From Podarcis muralis (Eukaryota), in assembly GCF_964188315.1 (NCBI RefSeq), contig NC_135656.1, forward strand, positions 42,222,001 through 42,286,000: a DNA stretch of 64,000 bases, in the 5' to 3' direction. Below, in pieces: positions 1-12,600 of the stretch (the stretch's first letter is position 1; every line of letters begins with the position of its first letter). The notes under the pieces were generated by a model. It was not told the origin of the DNA. It saw only the letters and a list, made by a program, of their open reading frames with translations, and did not search any database. The translations under genes and the position numbers were made by a program.

Positions 1-437
1 TGCTGGGGTAGGAGCTGAGTGTTTCTCCTGAAAACTCTCCCTTCCCCCGTCCTAAAGAGAGGTGGATCATTATCCAAGGTAAGATGTGCTGTTCATGGAG
101 GCTGCCACCTTGGGCCCCTCCAGCAATCAGGATACACCTGACGGTATTGTTAATGGTCCTATAGTTGGAGGTAATACCAATGCTATAGCAGCTGAGCCCT
201 TTTGCAGATGAGATAAAAATGAAGGTTGACTTTAGCAGGAAATTTGCTATGTACTTTTTCCATAGGTAAGAAGATTAATATTTGGTAGGAGTTACAGAAA
301 ATGTTTGTCCAGACATTTTAGACACAGCTATATCCTGAAGAGGAGCATTCTTGACGGTGATAATCTTTCATTAGATGCTTATGTATGGCAGGCAATCTAT
401 GCTTACCAAAAAATTCAGTGACTGCTTCTCATTTCAG

Positions 438-675
438 GTTACGAGGACTATAATTATGGATATGGATACAGTCAGGATAACTCTGGCAATTATGGGTACG
501 GTATGGCCACTTCAAACTCTTGGGAAATGCCTAATTCAGATACAGACATGAACTATAACGCATCCACTGGCACCAGTGCTGATGTAATAACAAAATTTAA
601 CAAGCGCTTAGATATGGTGTCTCATCTAGAAACTGACACGATGCAAGGAGGACATTATGGCTCAGGTGGAGACAG
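438..675 (+). CDS. AKAP8L: AKAP8L exon 4 (Tyr/Gly-rich N-terminal region)
   Basis: tttcag|GT TAC GAG ... GGA GAC AG|gtgagt; 238 nt; [31 protein letters not shown]...[23 protein letters not shown]. Confidence 0.93.
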
Positions 676-3600
676 GTGAGTGTAGAGACAAAGGTGAAAA
701 GGTTCAGTAATAGTTATAGATCAGGGCAGTTTCTGAAAGACATGTTGATCTAATGTGCTGTTGCCAAGAGCTGTTCCCTTTGTTCTCTGACTGATAGTAT
801 TGCTCTTTGCTTCATATCTTTGCTGTTGCTTACAGAGCTGGGGGGTGGGGAGGAGACAGAATTAGCCAGGTTGTACTTCCTCTGCCTTAGCTTTGAAAAT
901 AAGGTGCTTTTACAGTGGTACCTCAGGTTACAGACGTTTCAGGTTACAGACTCCGCTAACCCAGAAATAGTACCTCAGGTTAAGAACTTTGCTTCAGGAT
1001 GAGAATGTAAATTGCACCGTGGCGGCAGCAGGAGGCCCCATTAGCTAAAGTGGTACCTCAGGTTAAGAACAGTTTCAGGTTAAGAACAGATTAAGAACAG
1101 ATTAAGTTCTTAACCTGAGGTACCACTGTACGCATCTTTTAGTGAGAAAAGTTTGTTAATACTGTAACAGTTGATAAATTAATTGTAATGAAATATTCTG
1201 AAAGAATAGCAGGTTTTAGAAACCTCATATAGTTTTGGATAGGTCACTATTTTCACAGAGTGTATGTCAGGTACCATCAACATTAATGGGATATGTGTTT
1301 AGTTGGTTACCATAACTTAAGATTTTGCTTCAGCCAACTGAAACAGAAAATAAGTAAATAGAGAATTCTGTAGAATCTTTCCTCAGTACATTTCTCATCC
1401 CTAGAAGTCATTAAGAAATTGCTTAAGTTATTGTTCATGCATAAGGAAGTTTACTTTGGATTGTTGAAGTGACTAGTGCTTATTGCTGTTAAGTTGGATA
1501 TATGGTATAAAAAGATGTCAGAAATATTTGCTTCACATTTATACCTGAGATTTTAACAGTTTTAGAGACATTGATTCCCAGACAGTTGGTGCACTTTACT
1601 AGAATGGCTATATATAGGGTTTTATTGGTTGACAGTCCTGTTTCATGGATGCATTTCTAGAGGTCAGGTGAATGAACTATGTCTAAATAAATTGTATGTG
1701 TCATTCCCTCTGGGAAAGGTGTGAAGGGGCCACTGTATTATAACCTGTTTTGTGTACATTCATGCAGCTTAGTGGAATCAAAGCATAGTAGTTTAACTGT
1801 AATGGGTAAATTATGCATAGCATAATTTTGTTTTGTTTACCAGGTTCTAAAAGTAGCTTACAGTATCATAGAACATGTTAATATTTTTTATTTTAAAATA
1901 CCTTCACTTCTCCTTAATATTTATCTTACTGATATTGTGTCAGTTTTTAATTTATGACATTTTCATAAAAATAGAAGATGCAGGAGATTTACAGAAATCC
2001 TTAAGGGATTACATAGTATCAAATGTGGTTTTGGTAGTGTATGCTCTCTATTTGCACTCATTAAAACAGCATCTCTTGCCTAAGAAAGGTAATTGTTGTA
2101 GATAGTTTTGCCAAATAGTATTTCTGTGTTTAAACTACAGAGTTCATGTGCTGGAAGAGTATAAAAGTTTAATCTCCCCTTTGCAGATACTGACTCAGGT
2201 TGTCAGGCTCTGCTGAAGTTGCAACCCTGTGCACATTTGGAAGCCAGTGTGATGCATCTCCCTATTTTCAGTTCTATCATACTAGGTGAATATTAACCCA
2301 GCACTGTTAATTCTCACTTGAGAGCCTAGGTGAGCATTAGAGACTAAATAGCAGGAAACTGAAATAGATTTATATTTTGGAAAACAATTTCATAGAAGGC
2401 TCAGTTACAACAGTGAGTAGTGCTATGTTATAAATTGGCACAAGAGCTTTGGGTTGATAGATGGAATATTTGAGCTTACCCTGATAGCTTTTAGAATGAC
2501 ACTTTTCCTTCAGAGTTAGTTTTTAAAGTCTCCTCCTCAGCCATTGTTTCCTTTCCATGTCCTTGCTTTCAGATCCTTGATACAAAGCTTGACCGTTGAT
2601 TTTTGCACTTGTGCCCAGTACTGGTTTATTAAGTGCAACATGACTTTGTTTTGCTCTGCCATAGCAATTGAAACAACATGCTTTCAGGAATAATGTGGAT
2701 TTTGGCATTCAACTGCATCTTTGTCTCAGAGTCTCTGTACTGTTTTACATGCAGAGTATGTAGCTTAAATTTAAAGTTCTTCTGCAGCTTATGGAACTTT
2801 CTTGTGAAATTGTGCTGGTTCAAAGCTCTCCTTTATAGAAAAAAGTCAACTTGTTTGTCTCAGCCACTCATTATAGTGAGCATAGAAAATGGAATTGTAA
2901 GGTGTACTCACATATTTTGCCTGCACTGAGCTTTCCTGCAGGCAAAATGTCATGTATAAGCATCTCTTAGTATATAGATGATTTCTGCTTTCTTTTCTTC
3001 TTACTAAAACCACTTTATTTTCCAAACTGCTAATAATTTGTGGGAACCGACCTTGCATCCAGTGACTTCACTTGTTTTGCATAGCTGAACACCTGAAGTG
3101 ATTGGAGTGTGAAACCAGTAAAAGGGAAAAATTAAGAATTTGTATGACTCCCCCAAATTGAAGATATGTTTGTCAATCTGATCAGAGTGCTATGCTCTTT
3201 CTATGATTGACTGAGGCTAAACAGAACAAGAATTATATGTAGCCTTATGCTGATTGCCCCCTCTATGTCCTTCCCCACTGCTATAATGCCCAAGGGAATA
3301 ATTCTCATACTGAGTTAAAACCTCAGTTGAGCTTTGTTATTACCTTGACTCTAAACCACTTATGAGAGGTTGTTTCCTTTAATGTGACCTGTTTTACTGC
3401 CATTTTTGGCAGACACTTTAACATGGTGCTCTATATGCTACTGATTAGATTCCTTGCTTGCTGTGCAATTCTTGCAGGTATGATACATATGAGTCCTACG
3501 ACTCAAGGCCTTCACTAAACGACCGTGATCTGTACAGATCCGGCTATGATTACAGTGAAGCTGAACATGACACCGACAATGCCTATGAAGGCCACTATGA

Positions 3601-6600
3601 CAACTCCTATGGGAACCGCAGGGACCAGTACCACAACAGAGCACGTGACAACTTTGGCCACCGGGGTCAGAACTGGGCCAGAGACAGGCGAAATAACAGA
3701 CCCATGGCTTCTGCATATTCTGGGCGCATGGGCGGACAGTGGAATGAACCGCCAGTGCCAATGGGAGGACGGGGCCATGGCCCCAATAGGCCCCCATCCC
3801 TTTTCTCCCACAAACTATTCCCTGAATACAACATGTTCCAGGGAATGCGAAGTTTCTCTGGCAACATGCGCTTTGGAGGAGGCGGCATGAAACAACGAAT
3901 GAGGAGAAACTGGAAAATGTGGGATGCAGATTTTAAAGTAAGTACCTATGTGATCTTCTCCCACCTGTTTTCTGCCCCATTTTTAGGGACATTGCCCAGC
4001 AAGAGAACTGCCTAGAACTGAGTGCAAAGGAGTCTGTTTTGTAATTTAAACTGTTTTATTATAGGGAATATTTTTCTTCTCTGTCTCTTACATCTGCTTG
4101 GCACATCTTTATTTTAAGCTGTTCTTTAGGAATCTCATTGTCTTCAGTATGCTGCCTTAGCACCAAAAAGATTAATCACTGGATTTTAGTCATATCTAGG
4201 AAGTGTGACCTGGGATTCATTCGTTCGTTTCGTATAAAATAGGTCAGGTCTTAGGTGTGCATGTCTGTACCTGTTGAAATGAGTTTTCTTGAGTGTAGAA
4301 CTTAAAATGTGAATGAATGAACATTTCTTGGTTGGTGATAAGAGAACTTTTTAGACTGTGCATGTGAGTAAAAACAGTCTTTTCTTTCAATTCATAGAAA
4401 AAAAGAATAAAGAATGAGCATTCTGCTAATAAACGAAAACAGGCTAACAGTTCTGATGAGCCTGACAGTAAGGCAGCAAAAACTGATGGCTCTGACAACT
4501 CTGACTCTGATAATGGTAAGAGCAAGTCACTGAAGCCTCCTGTCTTGTCTTCTTTTCATTGCACCTTAGTTTGCCAATATTGAAACATTAAAAAAACAAC
4601 TTTATTTTAACTGTAAGAAACCAATGATTACAGGAATATAATATAAAAGTAAGCTTCACATCATACTATGGTGGTTGAGGAAAAGGGTGCATCAAGACAA
4701 CCAGATTTCCCTCATCAGTGCAGGCAGACAACTTTGTGCATCAGTACTAAGAGTATAAGAAATAAAGTCCTTCCACATAGCATATAATTTTCAGGGTCTT
4801 CTGAGCCATTAGAGACCTTTAAATAGTGGGTAATCTCTGAAATTGCTGTTTGTCCTCATACATTTGTATCAAATGGTGTTTTTCACCATTGTGTTATTAA
4901 GATTCTGATTGCAGGTCTTTTGAGCATGAATTACAGAAGCAGCCATCCTAGAGATTTAACTGAGAAACTTGGTGGGGCCATTACAATAACACTTTCACAT
5001 ATATTGGACTCTCCCTATAAATGTTAGTCCAAAATTTAGAAACCAGTGGGCATTCCCACCAGAGATGAATAAAGGTACCTCTGCCCCCCCCCCCCACAAG
5101 CAATCTGGAAAGAGTCCAGATATTCTAGAAATCTGTATCAGTGTCCGATGCCATGCATGCTATTTTTTTATTAATGTTCATTAAAACAAAACTTTTTGTG
5201 AAATATTTCAGGCTTGCAACCCTATACCCACTTACCTGGGAGCAAATATAATTGAACTCAGTAGAACTTGCTTCTGAGAAGTCATATATAGGGTTGCACT
5301 GTTACAGTCATTTTATAGTCTGTATAGTTACTTGATACGTTGTTCTTTTCAGAAGAGGGCCCTGAAGGAGAAGCTACTGAGAAGGGTTCTAAAAATGTGA
5401 GTCTGAATTTAGTTTTGCTTCAAAGTTTTATAATCCCAGTGTTTTATTCATATATGATAGGAACAAGAGTTACAAATGATGTCCTGCCATGCTTGCCTTT
5501 CTGTTTAGGGAGAGACCATGTACAGTTCCTTTTTTCTGTTGTTCAGAGACCAGAGGCTAGTGTGACTAGGTGATGAATGAATGTTTAAAGAACAAAGCTG
5601 ACTCAAGGCACTGGTGCCCGAGGTGAACGCAAGCTCATTCCCCAGCCTCACTACAATAAGTAGTATAATAATTTAAATTGTTTATAATTGGCTCTCCTTT
5701 AATGATTCTCATGATATATAGACTGGGGTAACTCATTCACTTTGCTTTGTGTCAGGTCTGACACTGAGAAGACATACTTGGTGTTTTTTCAGTTATTTAT
5801 TGAAGGTTTAATGTATAGATCTGTACATCTGCTTCCAAATAATTACTAACATAATCTATTATGTTGTGCTCAGATATAGGATGGACAGAAAGTGTTAGTG
5901 TACAAATAGAGAGTGAACCGTATACGGATTGCATTGCTGGCTATTCATTGTAGGTGATTGGGATTGTGGCAACTGACTCTGCTCCCATCTGATGTTAGTG
6001 CATGTTAAAGTTGGGTTTTATGTGCATATAGCTCAATATATGTAGGTCTGATTTTTGTAAATTGTGTTCCCCAAATGTGAGAGATCAGATCTGGCCTACA
6101 TGCATAAGGCCCCCTACTGTAATATGGCATTCCTTTCACTTGTGTCAGGCAGATGTAGTGATAGGATGGATGCAGCAAAAGGGGGTAAGGCCAGCTGACA
6201 ATTCCCCACATTTTAGCTATGTTTGTGTATGGCTAAGAACTTAAGAAGGCATAGAACAGGAGTGGCCCTCCAGATATTGGTGGACTACAACTTACATCAT
6301 CTCTGACCGTTAGCCATGTGCCCTGGGGCTGATGGGATTTAAAGTGCAACAACGTTAGAAGAGCCAAAGGTGCCTTACCTCTGGCTTAGAGTTTGAGCAT
6401 AGAGTTATAGTTTGATCAGTGCAGAACTGAGCAGAGTCCTATTTCAGTCCATACTATCCAAATGTAGTGTCAATTTTCAAATTTTAATTGCAGATCTTAT
6501 GATTTTGAGAGGTTTCTTAAAACATGAAATTCTTAAACAAATTCTGATGCAGCTACGGGTTTTTTCATTGCTCATTGTTGCAGAGAATTTAAAGGATACT

Positions 6601-9600
6601 CACAATCACAGCCTACTATATTGGTGTTTCTAGCAAATGGTAATTTTGTACTGTGGTTATGAACAGTGGCTGTTTATTGTCTAAGCCCCAAAGCATCTTG
6701 GTAGCTAGCAGCACTCCTGATTACTTGATGTAAAGGTAATTTCTACATGTGTTGTTACCTTGCCTGTAAGCAAGTGCAGCTCTATGCTTCAGTGTCTTTA
6801 ATTACATTTTAGGAGGGAGAGGGAGAAGGAGGTGAAGATGAGGAAAGAAAAGGAGACTCTGAGAAAGGTAAGTTCCAATGTACATGCATTAGGGTACTTC
6901 TGGTGATTATGTTATTTTTTGTGACAAGATGTGTGGAATATTGTGCAATTTATTTCTGGGAACTTGGTGTATAGAATAATTTGTATCCTTTGAATAATTT
7001 GGTGTACTTATTAATTTCTTTTTTTCTTTTTTCTTTTTATTTTCCTTTTATATTTATATTTTTCTTGTTTTGTATTTTTTCATTTTAGTTTTGAATATTT
7101 GGATGTAATGTTTAATATATGCTTTCTTTGTAATTTTTAAAAATGCAATAAAGATTTTAAAAAAAGATGTGTGGAATATTGCAGGAGATACGCATTATTG
7201 TATTAGAGCCATTTTATAAACCATTGATAAATTCCAAGTTTCAGTTTTTACATGTTGGTTCAGAACTAACCTAGCAAGTATTCCCTAATAATACATGTAT
7301 CTTGAGTACTACACAATTAGTTAAATTTACAATGATCAAAATATTCAGGTAGAAGAGTTTTACAATGTGATAATGTTAATTCTAGCAATTCCCTAGACTA
7401 TTTGTGGAGGTAGGCTAAAACTGTTTTGAGCTAGTTTCCAGTACCAATATGGCTATGCCTTCAGCAGATCACTTCCAGGCAGTGAAATTAATCAAAAATA
7501 ATTGCTCCCAGAAGCAATAAAAATCTGCCAGTTGGCTATGCTGAATATTGTTACACATCATCCTAATCTCCGAGTGGTGCAAGATTATAGAAGTCCAGGC
7601 ACTTACCCAGTGTTTGTGTTTCCCTTGGAAATGAGGCACAGCAAAGACTGTGGTTTCTTGGATATATGGTTTATTTACATATGTATACAACCTGAGCCTA
7701 TGGTAAGCGCTTATAGCATTACAAGATGTACTCGCTTCATCCCACAGTCTTAGATGCCAGCAGAAATCAGCCATGGCCCTGTCACCCTGCTCCAGTTTGC
7801 TGCCTTTAACAGACTGCCACCTTTTCCCTCACATCATTCGCAGCTGCAATCCTATACCACTACTCTCCTAGCAACCCTGGCCTTTGTCCTGCAAGCTAGC
7901 TATGACTTGAAGGAGAGGCTTACACCCATTAGTCCTCCAGCACAGAGTACAGTCATACCTTGAGTTACAGCCGCTTCAGGTTGCGTTTTTTTGGGTTGCA
8001 GACCGCCGAAACCCGGTAGTAGCGGATGGGTTACTTCCGGTTTCGGCAGTCACGCATGCGCACCGAATTGCAACCCACGCGTGCACAGACGCAGGTTGCG
8101 AACGTGCATCCCGCACGGATCATGTTTGCAACCCGAGCGTCCACTGTATTTGCTTTGTTAATCGTCCATTACCTTCCTTTTGTTTTCCTTGATGGCTCTT
8201 CTCTGAGGTTTTTTCCTGAACTTGAAACTGGTTTGGCCTGTACTACAACCTTTTGCTAAATCCAGTGTTTGGCACCCATGTGCTAGAGCCGGGGTCCAGG
8301 AACCCCACAAACTCATAATATAGAAGGAGGGGTTGCTGGTTTGTTTCTGTTCTTATTTTTTATTATATTTTTGTGCTGTTGATGCTGTAATTCTATTTTG
8401 TGGACAGCACTGAGATCTATGAGTATAGAGCAGTATACAAATGTAATAAAAAATAATAATATAAACAGCAACACTTATACCTGGAATAACCTGAAGAGAA
8501 TTCTTCTGTGTGGGATCAAGCTCAGAGTTCGTCTAAACTGTAACTCACACTTTATCCTTTATCCAATGACCAGGCAGATTCCTATTTAATATGTAGTACT
8601 TTCCAATTACTCTGTGAGGCAAACTAAATGTTTTCTCATATAAACCATCACTGAACAATTGGTTTTGTGTATCCCATAGTTGTGTCTCGCAACAATTATA
8701 TTTGTCTTTAAACTTTAAGTAGCAATTGTGTTTCCAAGTCTGATTAAACTCCAGGAAACTAGCACTTTGTGAATTATTTTATGTATTCATTTAGAAAATT
8801 TACAGACTATTTTTTTTTTTTAAAACGCTTCAAGCGGTGTACAGATAAGTTATAGTATGGCCTCTTCATTGAAGGTAGATTAGGAACCTGGAACCCAATC
8901 TTACCCAGGAGTTCAGTAAGGTCCATGAGTAGATATTCTTTAAAAATAAACTGATCTTATTCATGTAGGAGCTATGACCATTCAAGAAGAGATCAGTCAA
9001 ATCAAGCGCAAATTGCAAGCTGGTAAGAAAACTCAAGAGAGGCAAAAAAAGAGGTATCGTGATCGGATGGTGGAAAGGTAAGTCCAACAAGTTGTTGGAG
9101 GTTGATGTTTCATGTTGTACTTTCAAAAGTTTTTCAAAGGTATTATAACATTTAAAAACAAGCAATTCTCTGTTTAAATAATAATAATAAGCCAATGCCC
9201 TTCCAGTGCTCTACATCACAGCTGTACTGAAGTTCTGTGCAGTCTTGGGGATTGCTGGTAGGGTTAGAACAAGAAGTTGGAGGGCTGATGGTCTTACGTA
9301 TTCACCAACAACAGTTTCAGGATACATGGTCTATAAAGAGTTCAATTGGGAATAAGACAGCAGTGTTGCTTATTCAAGCACACCTAGTGTATTGTAGTTC
9401 TTTGCTATAGAAACTATATCAGCTTGACTACATAAAGGAAACTGGAAGTTTTCAAATTACTGCTGTGCAGATAAAAATATTTTTCTTTATTTGATATGTC
9501 TTAACAGGATTCAGTTTGTATGTTCGTTGTGCAAGTATCGCACTTTCTATGAGGATGAGATGACCAACCATTTGGAGAGCAAATTCCACAAGGAACACTT

Positions 9601-12600
9601 TGCATTTGTTGGAACCAAGCTGCCCCAGCAAACAGCTGACTTCCTCCAGGTCGGCTTTTTTTCCCTTTGAGCATTCCATTTTCCTTTAGATATTAACATG
9701 CAAAGCTAGATGTGGCACTTTGCTTCATTTTCCCCAATCCCTCCTTGTCATTTGGTTTTTAATTATTTCAAGTGGGGCAAAAAATGTACTTTTGGATGAC
9801 TGTCAGAGTAGAAAACATCAGCATCTCTCAGTTCATCTGTGCTGCTCTTGCATTTTTCAGTACACAACACATCCACACCATTACCTTAGTTCTTGCTTTT
9901 GAGAGAGATGGGGGAAAGGAAAGGAAGGCATAGCTTTGATTGTACTGTATAGTAATCCTAGCATGTTGTGCATTGGGCCAGGCCAGTATGGTATTATGCA
10001 CTATTGAGTATTCATAAGCTTTTCTGCAATGCAGGAGTATGTTGCTAATAAAACAAAGAAGACAGAAGAACGCCGTAAAGCAATTGAAGATATTAATGCA
10101 GTTATACAACAGATCTACAAAGACCAAGATCTTACCCAGGGTAGGTGTCTTAAAATTCAGCTAAAAAGCAATACATACTGTTGTTTTCTTGGGTAAAAAT
10201 ATTCAGTTTTCATTCAGAAAAATAGGATAGAGAATAGGAAGCAATTCTGTAATGTTCTGTGTGAGAGAAAGATATCCCTAAATTAACTTTGCTATTAGCT
10301 GAGATGGATATTGAATGCCCCACCCTCCCCGCATTTTGTTCCTTTGGTACAGTTGAGGGGGGTGTTTATGTGTGCAAAACAGTCATTGTGTGTACGGTAG
10401 GATAGGTACTTTTTTAGAGAGAGAATTTCCCCCACTGCCCCTGAGGAATGGAAGTCTGTTATTTCACCCTCCTATATATTTTCCTGCTATCAAAGGTTTC
10501 CTATAGGAATCTTATGGCCCTCCAGACGTTGCTGACAGCGTTCACAACTCCCATTGTTCAGGCGCATTTTGCAACAGAGAATTTCATTAATGCAAGCAGT
10601 TTTTGAGCTCTGGGTACAGTACTTGCACCTAAGATTTCAGATTAAAACTGCCACTGCTGGAAGGAAAGGAGGACCTTTTTCTGCCTCCCCACTTCCAACC
10701 ACTCTCTGAAGACTGGAGAAGGGACCCTCATAAGAATACTAGGGGGGCAGGCAGGGGAAGTATGGCTTTGTTTTTTGCAGCCTTCAAATGAGGACTAGAC
10801 CATGTGAAAAATGAACATAAGATTTTAGCTGTAGTTTATTAATTTTCAGCTTTGTATTCTTGTTATTACGAAGCACACCTAGACACTCAGTTGCGGTACC
10901 CATAACCTAGGTTTAAGGTCCCATTTAGCTCCTAGTTTTCATATCTCAGTTTCTAACACTGGTTACTGAACTATAGTGCTCATCATCCCTCACCATTGAC
11001 ATGGTTGCTGGGGCTTATAGGAGTTTGTGTTCCCACAGCAGATGGCCATGGGTTCTACAGTCTGTAATATTATGACTTCTTTAACTTTTCTCAGACATAG
11101 GTATGGAACATTTTGTAAAAAAGGTGGAGGCTGCTCACTGTGTTGCTTGTGACCTCTTCATTCCGATGCAGTATGGAATAATCCAGAAACATCTGAAATC
11201 CCTTGATCATAACCACAACCGCAGAGTAAGTGGATTTGTTGAATTAGCTGTTCACCACAAAAACGCACTGGAGAAGCTTGAACAATTACTACATCATTCA
11301 ACTTTATAATGGCAAAAGCAGATGAAGACTAAAGCAATTGAATAATTTAGGGGCTTTAATGCTTATTTTAACATAAAAATACTTTAAAGAGCATGCTTAA
11401 GAGACTATAGTATCTATTTTAAATATATATATCAATATAGTATAGCTACTCTCCTGGCAGTAACATAGCCATTAATGGCATCCCATTATTTCCAAGCAGT
11501 TCTTTGACTGCAAATGTAGCTCCTGCTTGGTTTTGTTAAAACACACACACACACACCAAAAACCTGCTTCATTAAATTTTTTAAGAATTTGAGTTGCAAA
11601 TTCACTACCCTTAAGCTAAAGAACTTTAAAGGTGCATTGGCCAATAAAAATTTTATGTAGACTTTTTGATCTGTTTTGTTAAACACTAACTTATGAAAGA
11701 GAGATGTGTATATCTTGCTTCACACAGTGGACATAGGTTGTGGAATCAGTTGATCGCTGTACATGTCTCTTTCTTTTGTGCTACCCAGTGTTTACTGGGA
11801 GAGGTGTGGTGCACATGCCACAAACAGACTTACACTGCCAAATATAAATTTGCCCTTAGATGTTTGGTTGGATATTAAGGTTCAGAGTTAACAGTGTATA
11901 GGGTCCGGTGAATTGACAGGTGAGAAAGCAGTTTTTTTCCTTCTCAGCTTCCACAGTCTAAGTCTAGAGTGGGGAACCTTTTTGGCTCCACAGGCCTGAT
12001 CATTCTCAGGATCTGCCTTGCACACCAAATTTGACCTGTCAAAATCAATTTTGCTTGGGAAGTAGGAGGAGGTTTGTGAGTCTCCTTCCCACATTAAATA
12101 ATTCCTGATGAAAATGTGTGAAAAGTTACTGTATTTTGGAAGGTCTGTCTTGGTATAAAAATAATGAAATGTAGATACATTTTGTGCAGAGCATTTATTT
12201 ATGTATTTTGTCTTCTAGGCTATGATGGAACAGTCAAAAAAATCATCATTAGTAGTTGCAAGAAGTATTCTTAACAATAAACTTATCAGCAAGAAATTGG
12301 AGCGATATCTGAAGGTAAAACATATACACATAAGAACGGCCCGCAGAGGGGTTATGGGCAGAATCCAAAGTGGCATGAGCGAACTTCATGCTTGCATTGT
12401 ATAACTTATTTCCTTCTACCTGCAGCCACCATGCATTCCTGAAATCTGCTCCAGAGGGTACCCCATCCCTCCAATGTAAATTTTGAGGGTGCATGGAGGG
12501 CTTCAGGGAAGAAGTGTGTGAGGTGAAGTCTGTTCCACTCACACACATGTTGGATACAACCCCCCCCCCCACTTAAAAAGAGCCATATTGCTATGTTAAC

